Positions 31,927 to 41,299 of a stretch of 64,000 nt of DNA are shown piece by piece; the stretch's first letter is position 1; the number at the start of each line of letters is the position of its first letter. Source of the DNA: an uncultured Chloroflexia bacterium. GTDB taxonomy: Bacteria; Chloroflexota; Limnocylindria; QHBO01. The translations under genes were made by a program, and so were the position numbers. The notes beneath the pieces were generated by a model, which did not search any database, was not told where the DNA came from, and worked only from the letters and a program-made list of their open reading frames with translations. The stretch is from NCBI GenBank assembly GCA_963827475.1, contig CAWHAZ010000005.1, positions 908,817 through 972,816 of the forward strand, read 5' to 3'.

Positions 31927-32290
31927 CTGCTGGCTCACCTCCCGGACTGGCCTGACATGCACGAATCCCGCCCCGAACGTGCCGGGACGGGATTGCTGAT
32001 CCCGCGGTACCACCCGCGCTTGGGCGCCGCATGCGGCGCTCCACTCGTCGCGCCACCAGGTCGCGGATGGACCGATGACGCCGCCATGGCTAACGGGCGG
32101 CGGGCCCGGGAGGCGTTACGCGCGGCGCCACGAGGGCGTCGCTTGGCGCCTCCGGCTCGGGAGAGATGGCTGCTGGCCGGTCACCGCCCGCTTCCACCGT
32201 TCGGGCTCGCTGGGGATGCCGATCGCCAGCTGCGCTGGCTCCGTCAAGGCCGGTCTTCGATTGGACCGATGGTACCCGACCGTCGGCGTC
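31927..32290 (-). promoter_or_regulatory. T-box leader (tRNA-Ile sensing) of ileS
   Basis: On the minus strand the T-box sequence GGGTGGTACCGCGGG sits at 32001-32018. It is followed by a CGGGAT-loop-ATCCCG hairpin and the SD region, about 75 nt before the start codon. Confidence 0.7.
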
Positions 32291-33627
32291 AGCCGATGAG
32301 CGCCCGGGCGACCAGGGCAAGGCTGATCACCGCTGCGATCGAGGTCAGCCCCGCCAGCCGCGGCCAGCGGCTGCGCGCCAGCCAGGCAGCCAGCACGGCG
32401 ATCGGTCCACACAGGAGGAGGGCGGCACCGATGGGATCGAGCCCGGCGGCGGCCGGCCGTGAGCCGACGAACACCGCCAGCGCCCAGACGATGGCCGCCA
32501 CGGCGAGCGGCCCGCCGAGCAGCGCGACGTCGGGCCATAGGGAAGCTGGCCCGATGCGGCGGCCTGCGGGGCGCTGGGGGCGGCGTCGCGGCAGGGCTCG
32601 CGGAATGGCCCGAGCCCTCGCCGGGGCTGTTGCCGCGGGCGGGATCAGGGCGGCGGCGGGGGTTGGGACCGAGGGTGCAGCGGCGGGCACGGCCGCGACC
32701 GTGGGCTGGACCGCGGCCGCCGGTGGTGCGGCGGCAATGGTCTGGCGCGACCGGCGGGAAGGCCGCGGCAGCGCGTCCCGGCAGGGTCATCGCCGCCGCG
32801 CTGGCGGACAGGCTGGCCGCCGCCTGTTCGCTCTGGGCCCCGGTGATCGCCGCTCGCCGTTCGGAAGCCATGCGCTCCTCGAGCTCCATGCGCTCGATGC
32901 CGGTCATCGGCCGCGGGGGCGCGGCGGGCTCCGCGGGACGCGGCAGTGGCATCGCCGCGGGCGGTGGGGCTGGGGCCGGGACTGGAGCCGCAGCTGCCGT
33001 GGCCGCGACCGCAGCCGCCGGCGCGAACGGAGCAGACGCGCTTCCGGCCGCTTCCGCTGCCATGTCAGGCGTGGGTGGCGGAGATGGCCGGGCGGCACGG
33101 GTCCGGGCAGCGGCGATCAGGGCATCCACCAGCTCCTTCTCCCCGACGCTGGCGATCGCCACCCGTCCCTGCTCGGTGGGGACGAGGATGACCGAGGGCG
33201 TGGCGCCGAGCCGGATGACCTCGACCCGCTCCCCGCCACTGAGGGTGGCCCGACCCGCAGCGAACCCGAGGGCAGCCGTTCCGGGTCGCGCCGCGACGCG
33301 CCCGATTCCGCTCGACGCCACCCGGCTCAGGTCTCCGCGGACCAGGTGGTATCGGCGATCCACGCCCATCCCGGTCAGATGCAGGTAGTCCGTCTCGACC
33401 GCCAGCCGGAGGGAGCGGACGCGCAGCGCGAGAGCGGCGCCGAGCACGGCGAGCGCCAGGCCCACCCCCGCCAGGACGATCATCGGCGCACCGGTCAGGA
33501 GGACGAACGCGACGCCGGCGGAGGCCGCTCCAAGGAGCACGAGCAGCGCCGGGATCGCGAGCGTCGTGCGCGCGTCACGCGCGAGCTGCACGCGCGCGAG
33601 CGGTGTCGGGGTCGTCGAAGCGGTCAC
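32289..33627 (-). CDS. Membrane protein with an N-terminal 2-TM + bacterial PH-like domain, an Ala/Pro-rich linker and C-terminal TM helices; apparent frameshift near 32720
   Basis: The N-terminal frame (33627 onwards) has TM helices and a PH-like beta core. The C-terminal frame (32289-32690) has TM helices. Both are joined by low-complexity A/P sequence. Confidence 0.45.
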
Positions 33628-33661
33628 CGAGCCGAGCCCCCACGCCGCGCCATGGCGGCGA

Positions 33662-34633
33662 TCAGTAGACCGGCGTCAGCCAGCCGCGGTAGGTCTCGGA
33701 CCGGCCTCGTACGGCGTCGAAGTAGATCTTGTGCAGGCGCCGGGTGATCGGTCCCGGCGCTCCGGAGCCGATCGGGCGGTTGTCGACCTCGATGACCGGA
33801 GCGAGCTGGGCACCGGTTCCGCACAGGAACAGCTCGTCGGCCTGGTACAGCTCGGTCCGGTCGATGACCCGCTCCACGACGCCAATGCCGAGGTCGCCGG
33901 CGACCTCCATGATGTGGCGCCGGGTGATGCCCTCGAGCACGTTGTCGGTCACGGCCGGGGTGATGAGCACGCCGTCGCGGATGATGAACAGGTTCTCCGC
34001 GCTGCCCTCGCTGACGTGGCCGTCCTGGGTCAGCATGATCGCCTCGTCGTAGCCGTTGAGCTGGGCTTCCGACTTGGCCAGCGCGCTGTTGACGTAGCCG
34101 CCGGTGATCTTGCTGCGCGCCGGAATCGCGTTGTCGTCGTTCCGGCGCCAGCTGCTGACCTGGGCCCGGATGCCGCTCTCGGTGTCGATGTACTTGCCGA
34201 ACGGCAGGGTGAAGATGACGAGATCGGTCTCGAGGTTGTGCAGCCGGACGCCAACGGCTTCGGTCGACTTGTAGAGGATCGGCCGGATGTAGGCGTCCTC
34301 CCGCATCTCGCACCGCCGGAGCATCTCGCAGGTGACGTCGACCAGCTCCTCTGCCGAGTGACGAAGGTCGAGTTGGAGGATCGGCGCCGACCGGTGCAGG
34401 CGCTGGTAGTGCGCGAGCAGGTCCAACCCGAACAGCTGCTCCTGCTCGGGGTTCCAGTACGCCCGGACGCCCTCGAACACCGCCGTGCCGTAGTTGAAGG
34501 CATGGGTCGTGACGCTGATCTTCGCCTCGTTGAGGGGGACCAGCTCGCCACGGAAGAAGGCCCACAGGCCCTCCGTCGAACGCGGATGGGGATGCATGCC
34601 AGTCGAGGGCTCCTGCTTCAGCATCGCACTCAC
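33662..34633 (-). CDS. ilvE: Branched-chain amino acid aminotransferase
   Basis: Fold-type IV PLP enzyme motifs (...FEG.RAY..., E.N.F...). Confidence 0.88.
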   Translation of the reverse strand: MSAMLKQEPSTGMHPHPRSTEGLWAFFRGELVPLNEAKISVTTHAFNYGTAVFEGVRAYWNPEQEQLFGLDLLAHYQRLHRSAPILQLDLRHSAEELVDVTCEMLRRCEMREDAYIRPILYKSTEAVGVRLHNLETDLVIFTLPFGKYIDTESGIRAQVSSWRRNDDNAIPARSKITGGYVNSALAKSEAQLNGYDEAIMLTQDGHVSEGSAENLFIIRDGVLITPAVTDNVLEGITRRHIMEVAGDLGIGVVERVIDRTELYQADELFLCGTGAQLAPVIEVDNRPIGSGAPGPITRRLHKIYFDAVRGRSETYRGWLTPVY

Positions 34634-34703
34634 CTCACTGGCCGGGACGCGTGGGCGGGACGAAGTCTCGGCACCGGCGCGAAGTATACGCCCGGCCCAT
34701 CGC

Positions 34704-35798
34704 TCAGCCGCTTCCCGGCAGGAAGAGGACCGCGAGGATGTAGATCAGGTAGATCGGTCCACCAATGAGCAGCGCCGCGGCGCGCAGGCGGTGGGTGCGC
34801 ATCATCGGTCCGAGGATGAGCAGGGTGGCCAGGATTGCGGCTCCGGCGGAGGCGAACGACAGCGCGTTCTCGGCGGTGAACGCCCAGCTCGTGAACAGGA
34901 TGCCGATGGCGGTCGGGAAGCAGGCCTGGAACACCATCGCCCCGGTGATGTTGCCCATGGCCAGGGTGTCCTTGCGGGTCCGCACCCAGAGCACGCTGTT
35001 GAACTTCTCGGGCAGCTCGGTGGCGATGGGGGCCACGATGAGGGCGAACAGCCGCGGGTCGAAGCCAATCGCGAGCGAGATGGTGTCCAGCGCGGTGATG
35101 AACATCCGAGCGCCGAGGATGATCATCGCGAGGGCCACCAGCGTCTGGGCCACGATGATCCACAGCCGCGGCTGGCCGTGGTGCTCGACCGGGGTCTCCT
35201 CGTCGGGGCGGTGGATACCGATGTCGCCGCCCAGCCAGGGCAGCCGGATCGCGTGCAGCAGCGCGAGCTCCGGGGCTTCTGCCGATCCCTCCTGGCGGAA
35301 GTGGGCGCGGACGTAGACCGCGTAGATCACGAACAGCGCGATCACGACCGCATAGTCCGCCCAGCGCCAGTCCTCGGGCAGGAAGGCGGCGCCGATCGCC
35401 AGCCCATAGCCGACCAGGAAGAAGACGACGTCCTGGGCCATCACCCCGACGTTGACGTTCATGTCGGAGGTTCGGCTGCCGCGCCGCGTCAGGATGAGCA
35501 CGGCGAGGCCGGTGATGAACATCGCCAGCGTGGCCAGCGTGAACGGCGCGCCGAGGATGGCGCCGACCCCGATCTCCTCCGAACCGGCCGTCGGCTCGCG
35601 CCCGGTGACGATCGGCCCGACGATGGCGATGACCGGGATCAGCGTTTCGGGCAGGGCGGTGGCGACCGCAGCCAGGACGCTTCCAACCGCGCCTTCTCCG
35701 AGGTTCAGGCGGTGGCCGAACCACTCGATGCCGTTCGTGAACAGCTCGGCGCCGACCAGGATGACGGCCAGCGCGATGACGAAGACGAGGATTTCCAT
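34704..35798 (-). CDS. Sodium/calcium exchanger (CaCA) family membrane transporter
   Basis: Two alpha-repeat regions (GAILGAPFTLATL / GNITGAMVF) and about 10 TM helices. Confidence 0.75.
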   Translation of the reverse strand: MEILVFVIALAVILVGAELFTNGIEWFGHRLNLGEGAVGSVLAAVATALPETLIPVIAIVGPIVTGREPTAGSEEIGVGAILGAPFTLATLAMFITGLAVLILTRRGSRTSDMNVNVGVMAQDVVFFLVGYGLAIGAAFLPEDWRWADYAVVIALFVIYAVYVRAHFRQEGSAEAPELALLHAIRLPWLGGDIGIHRPDEETPVEHHGQPRLWIIVAQTLVALAMIILGARMFITALDTISLAIGFDPRLFALIVAPIATELPEKFNSVLWVRTRKDTLAMGNITGAMVFQACFPTAIGILFTSWAFTAENALSFASAGAAILATLLILGPMMRTHRLRAAALLIGGPIYLIYILAVLFLPGSG

Positions 35799-35822
35799 CG
35801 CCGGGGTCAGCCCGTCAGCGGG

Positions 35823-36101
35823 TCAGGGTCGGACGTGCTGGGGCGCGATGGGCAGGAGCGCGACTTGTCGGGCGCGCTTGAGGGCCACGGTCAGCATGCG
35901 CTGGTGGCGGGCGCAGGTCCCGGTCTTGCGGCGGGGTTCGATCTTGGCCCGCTCCGAGAGGTATCGGCGCAGGCGGTTGACCTCCTTGTAGTCGATGGCC
36001 TCGACCTTGTCGACGCAGAAGTTGCAGACCTTGCGCCGACGGCGGTCGCGGTAGTAGTCGGCCGTCTCTCGGCGGCGGGGACGTGCGTTGCTGGGTGGCA
36101 T
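35823..36101 (-). CDS. rpsR: 30S ribosomal protein S18
   Basis: CNFC...IDYK...RR.TG.CA.HQR....IKRAR..ALLP motif. Confidence 0.9.
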   Translation of the reverse strand: MPPSNARPRRRETADYYRDRRRRKVCNFCVDKVEAIDYKEVNRLRRYLSERAKIEPRRKTGTCARHQRMLTVALKRARQVALLPIAPQHVRP

Positions 36102-36121
36102 AAGCGATCGGATCCTCGGGC

Positions 36122-36595
36122 TCAGAAGGGAATGTCGTCGAGATCAACGGTCTCGGTTGAGGCCTGCTCGCCAGGGCCGGCTGTGGCGCCGGCCGGAGCG
36201 CCGCGCGGCACCGCCGCGGGCGGGGCGTCGCTGGCGGAGTCGCCGATCCCGAAGCCCTCGCCCGGGTCGCGGCGCTCGAGCGAGATGACCCGCGCGAAGC
36301 GGATCTCGACCGAGGAGCGCTTCTGCCCGTCATTGCCTTCGTACTCGCGAACGCGGAGCTGGCCTTCGGCGAAGACCTTGTTCCCCTTGCGGAACCGCTC
36401 GGCGGCGCGCTCGGCGGCCTGGTCCCAGAGCTCCACCCGGAACCACTGGGTCTCCTCGATCCACTCGCCGTCCGGACCCTTGCGGTTGTCGTTCACCGCC
36501 ACCCGCAGGTTCGTCACGGCCTTGCCGGCTGGCGTGTAGCGCAGCTCCGGGTCCGCGCCCAGGTTGCCGATGATCATCATCTTGTTCAGGGTCAT
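36122..36595 (-). CDS. ssb: Single-stranded DNA-binding protein
   Basis: OB fold ([17 protein letters not shown]....L.VAV) and a C-terminal DDIPF tail. Confidence 0.92.
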   Translation of the reverse strand: MTLNKMMIIGNLGADPELRYTPAGKAVTNLRVAVNDNRKGPDGEWIEETQWFRVELWDQAAERAAERFRKGNKVFAEGQLRVREYEGNDGQKRSSVEIRFARVISLERRDPGEGFGIGDSASDAPPAAVPRGAPAGATAGPGEQASTETVDLDDIPF

Positions 36596-37092
36596 CCCGC
36601 CACCTCCTCCGGCGCGCTCACGGCCACCGGTTCGTCTTCTTGGTCGTCGTCCGAGCCTTGGTCGGCGTCCGAGTCGTCAATTTCGAGCGCGGTGCTCGTC
36701 TCCTCGCCGGTCCCGGTGCCCGGCTCCACGTCCGGCGGTGGGGCGAGAATCTCCTCGCCCTCGACGGACGAGTCCTCGGCCTCCGCGTCTCCAGCCCGGC
36801 GGTGGCGAGGCTCCAGCACCACGACCAGGTGCCGGAGGATCTCCTCGCTGATGAGCAGGCCGCGCTCGATTTCACGGACGGCCGCGGGCTCGATATCGAA
36901 GTGGATGAGGAAGTACGACGCGTCCCGATGATGCTGGATGGGATACGCGAGCCGCCGCTTCCCCCACGGCGAGATCTTCGACAGGCTGCCCCCGGCGTTC
37001 ACGATGGCGCGCGTCACGCGCTCGACCGCCGACTGGAGCTGGTCGTCCTCCATGTCGGGGCGGAACAGGAGCATGAGTTCGTATCGGCGCAC
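36595..37092 (-). CDS. rpsF: 30S ribosomal protein S6 with a ~70-aa acidic C-terminal tail
   Basis: GTG start at 37092 (RRYELMLLFRPD) with an AGAGAGGAG RBS; overlaps ssb by ATGA. Confidence 0.85.
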
Positions 37093-37187
37093 GGGCCGGG
37101 ACTCCTCTCTGTGGGTTTGCGGCACGCGCCGATGCGGTGCGGCAGAAAGGGATGGGACACGACTGCCTCCAGTCGGAGGCGCGAGCC

Positions 37188-37195
37188 GAGTATAG
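37188..37195 (-). promoter_or_regulatory. -10-like GCTATACT element with a ~95-nt leader upstream of rpsF-ssb-rpsR
   Basis: The same octamer is also found upstream of rplS (2654), yugP (22781), ilvE (34683), secG (52741), rapZ-C (57738), and inside the nusB-like gene upstream of acpP (11965). Confidence 0.45.
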
Positions 37196-37294
37196 CCGAG
37201 CCCTTCCGGCACCGCGTTTGGCGCGGGAGCCGGTCGCCGACTATCCTGAGGTGCTGGCGTCCCTCGACGCTCGCCATTCCACTGTGAGGCTGCC

Positions 37295-38507
37295 CGTGTC
37301 GCGTCGCCCAACCATTCTCATCTGCGCCCCTGACGAGGCGCTCCGGGCCGCGCTGCACGGCGCCCTGACCGCGTCCGACCAGGACGTCCGCGAGGTGGCC
37401 ACCGCGGCCGAGGCGATCGTCGCCCTCGGCGACGGCGAAATCGACCTGGTCATCGCCGAGGGGCTCACCGCCTCGGGCGCCATCGACTCCCTTCGTTCGG
37501 CGCGCGCCGACGAGAGCATCCCGATCCTGGTCGTCGCGCCGGTGGGCGACGTGGAAGCCCGGATCGCCTTCCTCGAGGCCGGCGCGGACGACGTCATCGA
37601 GGGTGGCTTCGCCCGTCGCGAGCTCGAGGCCCGAGTGCACGCGCTCCTCATCCGGGCCGGGACGGTCGCACCCGGGCCGAGCAGCCCGGGCGCGGGCCAG
37701 ACCATCGCCTTCTTCTCGCCGAAGGGCGGCGTCGGCACCACGGCCCTGGCGGTGAACTGCGCGGCGCTGCTGGCCAGCGGCGGCGGCGGCTCGGAAGTCG
37801 TGGGCGCGGGCGTGGTCCTCGTCGACCTCGACCTCCAGTTCGGCCAGGTGGCGACCCACCTCAACCTCACCCCGAAGCTGGACTTCTCCCGACTGGCGAC
37901 CGACGACGTGGCCCGGACCGATCCCGAGGCGCTGGAGGCGTACCTGACCCCGCACTCCTCCGGGCTCAAGGTGCTTGCCGCACCGACGAGCCCCGACAGC
38001 GCGGCCCGCATCAGCGTGGAGGAGGTCGAGCAGGTCATCGGCACGCTGCGCACGACGTTCGACTTCGTGGTGGTCGACTGCGGCACGCGGCTCGACCCGC
38101 GGACGATCTGGGTTCTCGAGCAGGCCCAGGAGATCGTGTACGTCGTCTTTCCCGAGCTCGGCTCGCTGCGAGCGATGAGTGACCTCATCCAGTTCCTCGG
38201 CGAGGCCGCGGTGCTCCAGGGCCGGACCCACTTCGTGGTCAACCACATCTCCGCCCGCGAGCTGCTGAAGACGCGGGACGTCGAGAACCTGCTCCGCTCC
38301 CGGCCCACGGCCGAGATCCCGTTCGCGGACGTGGACATGATCCGCTCGGTGAACGAGGGCGCCCCGATCGTCCTGTCGCGACCGAGCTCGCCGGTCGGGC
38401 TCGCGATCCAGCGGCTGGCGGCTGCCCTGGTCGGGGCCGAGGTCCGATCCAGCTCGCGGCCCCCGAAGGCCTCGAAGGAGCGCCGACCGCTCTTCAGCCG
38501 CGGCTAG
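37295..38507 (+). CDS. CpaE/TadZ-like protein: receiver-like N-terminal domain fused to a MinD/ParA-type ATPase with a deviant Walker A
   Basis: PTILICAPDE receiver-like N-terminus and FFSPKGGVGTTALAVN (KGGxGTT, lacking the second Lys). The start is uncertain: the ORF opens at 37137, but a GTG at 37295 has a GAGG RBS. Confidence 0.65.
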
Positions 38508-38520
38508 ACGATCCAGGTCC

Positions 38521-38578
38521 TGGTGCCGGAGGAGGGATTCGAACCCCCACGCCCCCGAGAGGGCAGCGGAGTTGAAGA
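38521..38578 (-). repeat. Direct repeat: degenerate 3' fragment of tRNA-Leu(TAA) (island distal boundary)
   Basis: About 55 of 58 nt identical to the 3' portion of the intact tRNA-Leu at 50007-50094, and it shares a further ~40 nt with the copy at 41160. Confidence 0.75.
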
Positions 38579-38634
38579 CTCAGCCCGACCGTCCGCCGAC
38601 GTTCGGGATTGTACGGCCCCGACGCGCGCTTCCT

Positions 38635-39753
38635 TCAGCTGGAGGACTGCGTCGCAACCATATCGCGGCTCCCGAGCAGATCCCCCCAGTGGCCCCGCCG
38701 CATGACAAGGAGAAGCACCCACCCGATCGGGATCGGAACGAGCCACTGGGCGATCCGGTACAGCATCACTGCCGCGGTGAGCTGCTCGGTCATCCCTGAA
38801 CCGGCCACGCTTGACAGGACGCCGATGTACGCGATCTCAGTAACGCCGACGGCCCCCGGAGTGATGGGCACAAGCGTCACGATCCAGACGACCGCCATTG
38901 CCGCAAGCACGTCCGACGGCGGGAGCACGTCTGGGCCGACACCGACGCACCAGAGGGCGACCTCGAGGACCACGAACCAGGCGAGCTTGGCGACGACGGC
39001 AGCGGCGAACCCCAGCAGGCCGCGCGTCGTGAGCATGGTCTTGGAGCGCTCGCGTAGGTCCAGCATGCCCTCGACGATGCCCGATGGCGGCGTCTTCCGG
39101 ACCAGCTTCCAGATGCGCCGCGCCATCCGGTCGAGCCAGCCAGCCAGCTTCCGAGCCACGGTCTCCGATCGTGCGGACGAGACCAGCAGAACCGCGGCTG
39201 CGACCAGCACGATGAGGACCACGAAGGCAAGGAGGAGCACACGCGACCAGGTCGGGTGGCCGGCGATGATCACCCCGACGGCGGCAATCATTGGCAGCGC
39301 AGCGTAAGAGAACACCTCGGACAGCGACGCTAGGGCGATCCCGGCGGTCGCGACCGGGGTCGGGATCGACCACTGACGGTAGAGGACGAACCGGGTGGCG
39401 ACGTCGGTCGGTCCGGGCACGGTGCTGACGATCGCGCGCGCGGCCAGATCCGAGCCGACCGCGCGCGGCCAGGAGAGCTTGGACACGAGGACGCGGTAGG
39501 GACCGGCCCGGGCGACGTACGCCACCGCGCTGGCGGCGCCGAGGAGCGCGAGCTGCCCGGGGCTCAGCGCCGCGAGCGCGGCGCGAACGGCGTCGTAGTC
39601 AACCAGTCGGGGGAGCACGATCCCGAACACGAGCACGAGGAGACCGACAAGCACGAGCGCACGACGCACGATCGCTCCACGACTCAGCGTCGGCTGGGCT
39701 GGTTCCGTGACCGGCGCGCCCGCGAGCATCCCCGCTGCTCCGTCCGGCATCAC
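38635..39753 (-). CDS. UPF0104 (lysylphosphatidylglycerol-synthase-TM-like/flippase-like) membrane protein
   Basis: 372 aa, polytopic, with a family-typical TM pattern. Confidence 0.6.
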   Translation of the reverse strand: MMPDGAAGMLAGAPVTEPAQPTLSRGAIVRRALVLVGLLVLVFGIVLPRLVDYDAVRAALAALSPGQLALLGAASAVAYVARAGPYRVLVSKLSWPRAVGSDLAARAIVSTVPGPTDVATRFVLYRQWSIPTPVATAGIALASLSEVFSYAALPMIAAVGVIIAGHPTWSRVLLLAFVVLIVLVAAAVLLVSSARSETVARKLAGWLDRMARRIWKLVRKTPPSGIVEGMLDLRERSKTMLTTRGLLGFAAAVVAKLAWFVVLEVALWCVGVGPDVLPPSDVLAAMAVVWIVTLVPITPGAVGVTEIAYIGVLSSVAGSGMTEQLTAAVMLYRIAQWLVPIPIGWVLLLVMRRGHWGDLLGSRDMVATQSSS

Positions 39754-40832
39754 CCGGTGGTCTCGGGGTTTGGCTCAACCTTATTGCGGAGCAGGCCCGC
39801 CACCCCGCGCGAGGACGGAAACGCCTCGAGGATCATGACCAGCCCGAGCGTCAGCGGGACGGCGAGGAGCGCACCCGGCGCGCCGAGGATCCATACCCAC
39901 ACGATGACCGCGATGAAGACAGCCAGCGGGCTCAGGTTGAGCTCGGTGCCCATGACCACCGGCTGGAGGAACTGGTCCTGGGCGAAGTTGATGAGCGTAT
40001 AGCCGATGGTCACCGCCACCGCCACCCCAAGCCCGCCGTCGAGGTAGGCGAGGATGGTCGGCGGGATGACGGCGATGAAGGTGCCGATGTTCGGGATGAA
40101 GCTGGCGACGAACACGAGGACCGCCCACAAGACGGGGAGCGGCACGTCCAGCACCACCAGCAGCGCGAGCGACAGTGCCGCCGCGAACAGCCCGAGTGCG
40201 GTGCGCACGACAAGGTAGCGCCGCAGGTCAGTGCCGAATCCCTCCATGCCGAGCAGGAGCGGATGGCGCTCGCCGAGCGCCGCGGCCGCCCGCGCCCGAA
40301 CCGACTTCCCGTCTGCCAACGCGTAGATCATGGTGAACGCGAGGACGAACATCGCCCCGCCGGCCCCCGAGACCGCCGACGCCACCGGTCCGACCAAGGC
40401 GAAGATCTTTTCCGGCGAGATGATCGCAACCACGGCGTCGGGATCGGCGCTGATCCCGAACTGGGCCAGTTGATCTCTCACTGTCGCGAGTGCTGCGCTC
40501 AGTCGGTTCTCGTATTTGGGGATCTGGACCACGAGCTCCCCGACGGAGAGCGCGATGACGCCGGCCGTAGAAACTACGAGGGCGAGAACGACCGCGATCG
40601 TGGCCGCCAGAGAGAGCCCATGCCGGATGCCGCGGCGTTCAAGCGAGCCGACCATCGGCCAGGCGATGAGCGCGATGAAGAGACCGAGAATCACCGGGAG
40701 GACGAGTGAAGCCACTTCCCGAAGGGCGAGCACCCCGACGAGGATGAGCACAAACCCGGCGATTGCCGTAAGCGAACCGGCGGACCCATTCAGCCCGTCC
40801 GCGCCGGCCACACCCACGCCGCCGACTCCCAC
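39750..40832 (-). CDS. AI-2E family transporter (PerM/UPF0118)
   Basis: 360 aa with 8 TM helices and the family's C-terminal VPLTL..V motif. Confidence 0.7.
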   Translation of the reverse strand: MGVGGVGVAGADGLNGSAGSLTAIAGFVLILVGVLALREVASLVLPVILGLFIALIAWPMVGSLERRGIRHGLSLAATIAVVLALVVSTAGVIALSVGELVVQIPKYENRLSAALATVRDQLAQFGISADPDAVVAIISPEKIFALVGPVASAVSGAGGAMFVLAFTMIYALADGKSVRARAAAALGERHPLLLGMEGFGTDLRRYLVVRTALGLFAAALSLALLVVLDVPLPVLWAVLVFVASFIPNIGTFIAVIPPTILAYLDGGLGVAVAVTIGYTLINFAQDQFLQPVVMGTELNLSPLAVFIAVIVWVWILGAPGALLAVPLTLGLVMILEAFPSSRGVAGLLRNKVEPNPETTG

Positions 40833-41159
40833 CGGCGTCGGGGCCGCCCGCTCGTTCTTCGCGGAGATCTCCCATCTTCACTCTCCCGGTCTCGGTCGAC
40901 TCAGCGGATCAGGCGGCGGCGGGGTTGGCAAGCGCCCGCGTCGATCTCATGGAACCGACACGCGAGGCCGAGGCTTGAACACCCCGAACGCGACCGATCA
41001 GATCACGACGAGCCATACGAGCGAGATCAGCCCCTCGCCCGAAAGAGGATAAGCAGCACGCAACGGAGGGGCACGGTCTTCCCGCAGCCAGCCGCCGCCG
41101 AGACGAGCGTTACCCGAAACTGACCAGTGGTCCGAAATCGCCAGACTCGTGCCTGGAAA

Positions 41160-41218
41160 GTGGTGCCGGAGGAGGGATTCGAACCCCCACGCCCCCGAAG
41201 GGGCAGCGGAGTTTAAGT
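41160..41218 (-). repeat. Direct repeat: 59-nt exact copy of the tRNA-Leu(TAA) 3' end (internal island junction)
   Basis: Identical to the 50007-50065 portion of the tRNA; the sequence diverges beyond that point. Confidence 0.8.
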
Positions 41219-41299
41219 CTCGGCCCGACGGTCCGCCGAAGTGCGCGGTTGTTCGGCCCGATCGAGACCATGATGCGGCAGGCGCAATCAGTGCGACAG

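Noticed and set aside
38521-38578. The distal tRNA-Leu fragment has an anticodon-loop change (CTTCAAC, i.e. UCA), which could suggest an opal-suppressor or tRNA-Sec-like gene
   Set aside because: No acceptor or D-arm can be formed from the upstream sequence (GCCGTAC cannot pair with CTCCGGC). It is a 3' fragment only, consistent with an att repeat that has drifted rather than a functional tRNA.
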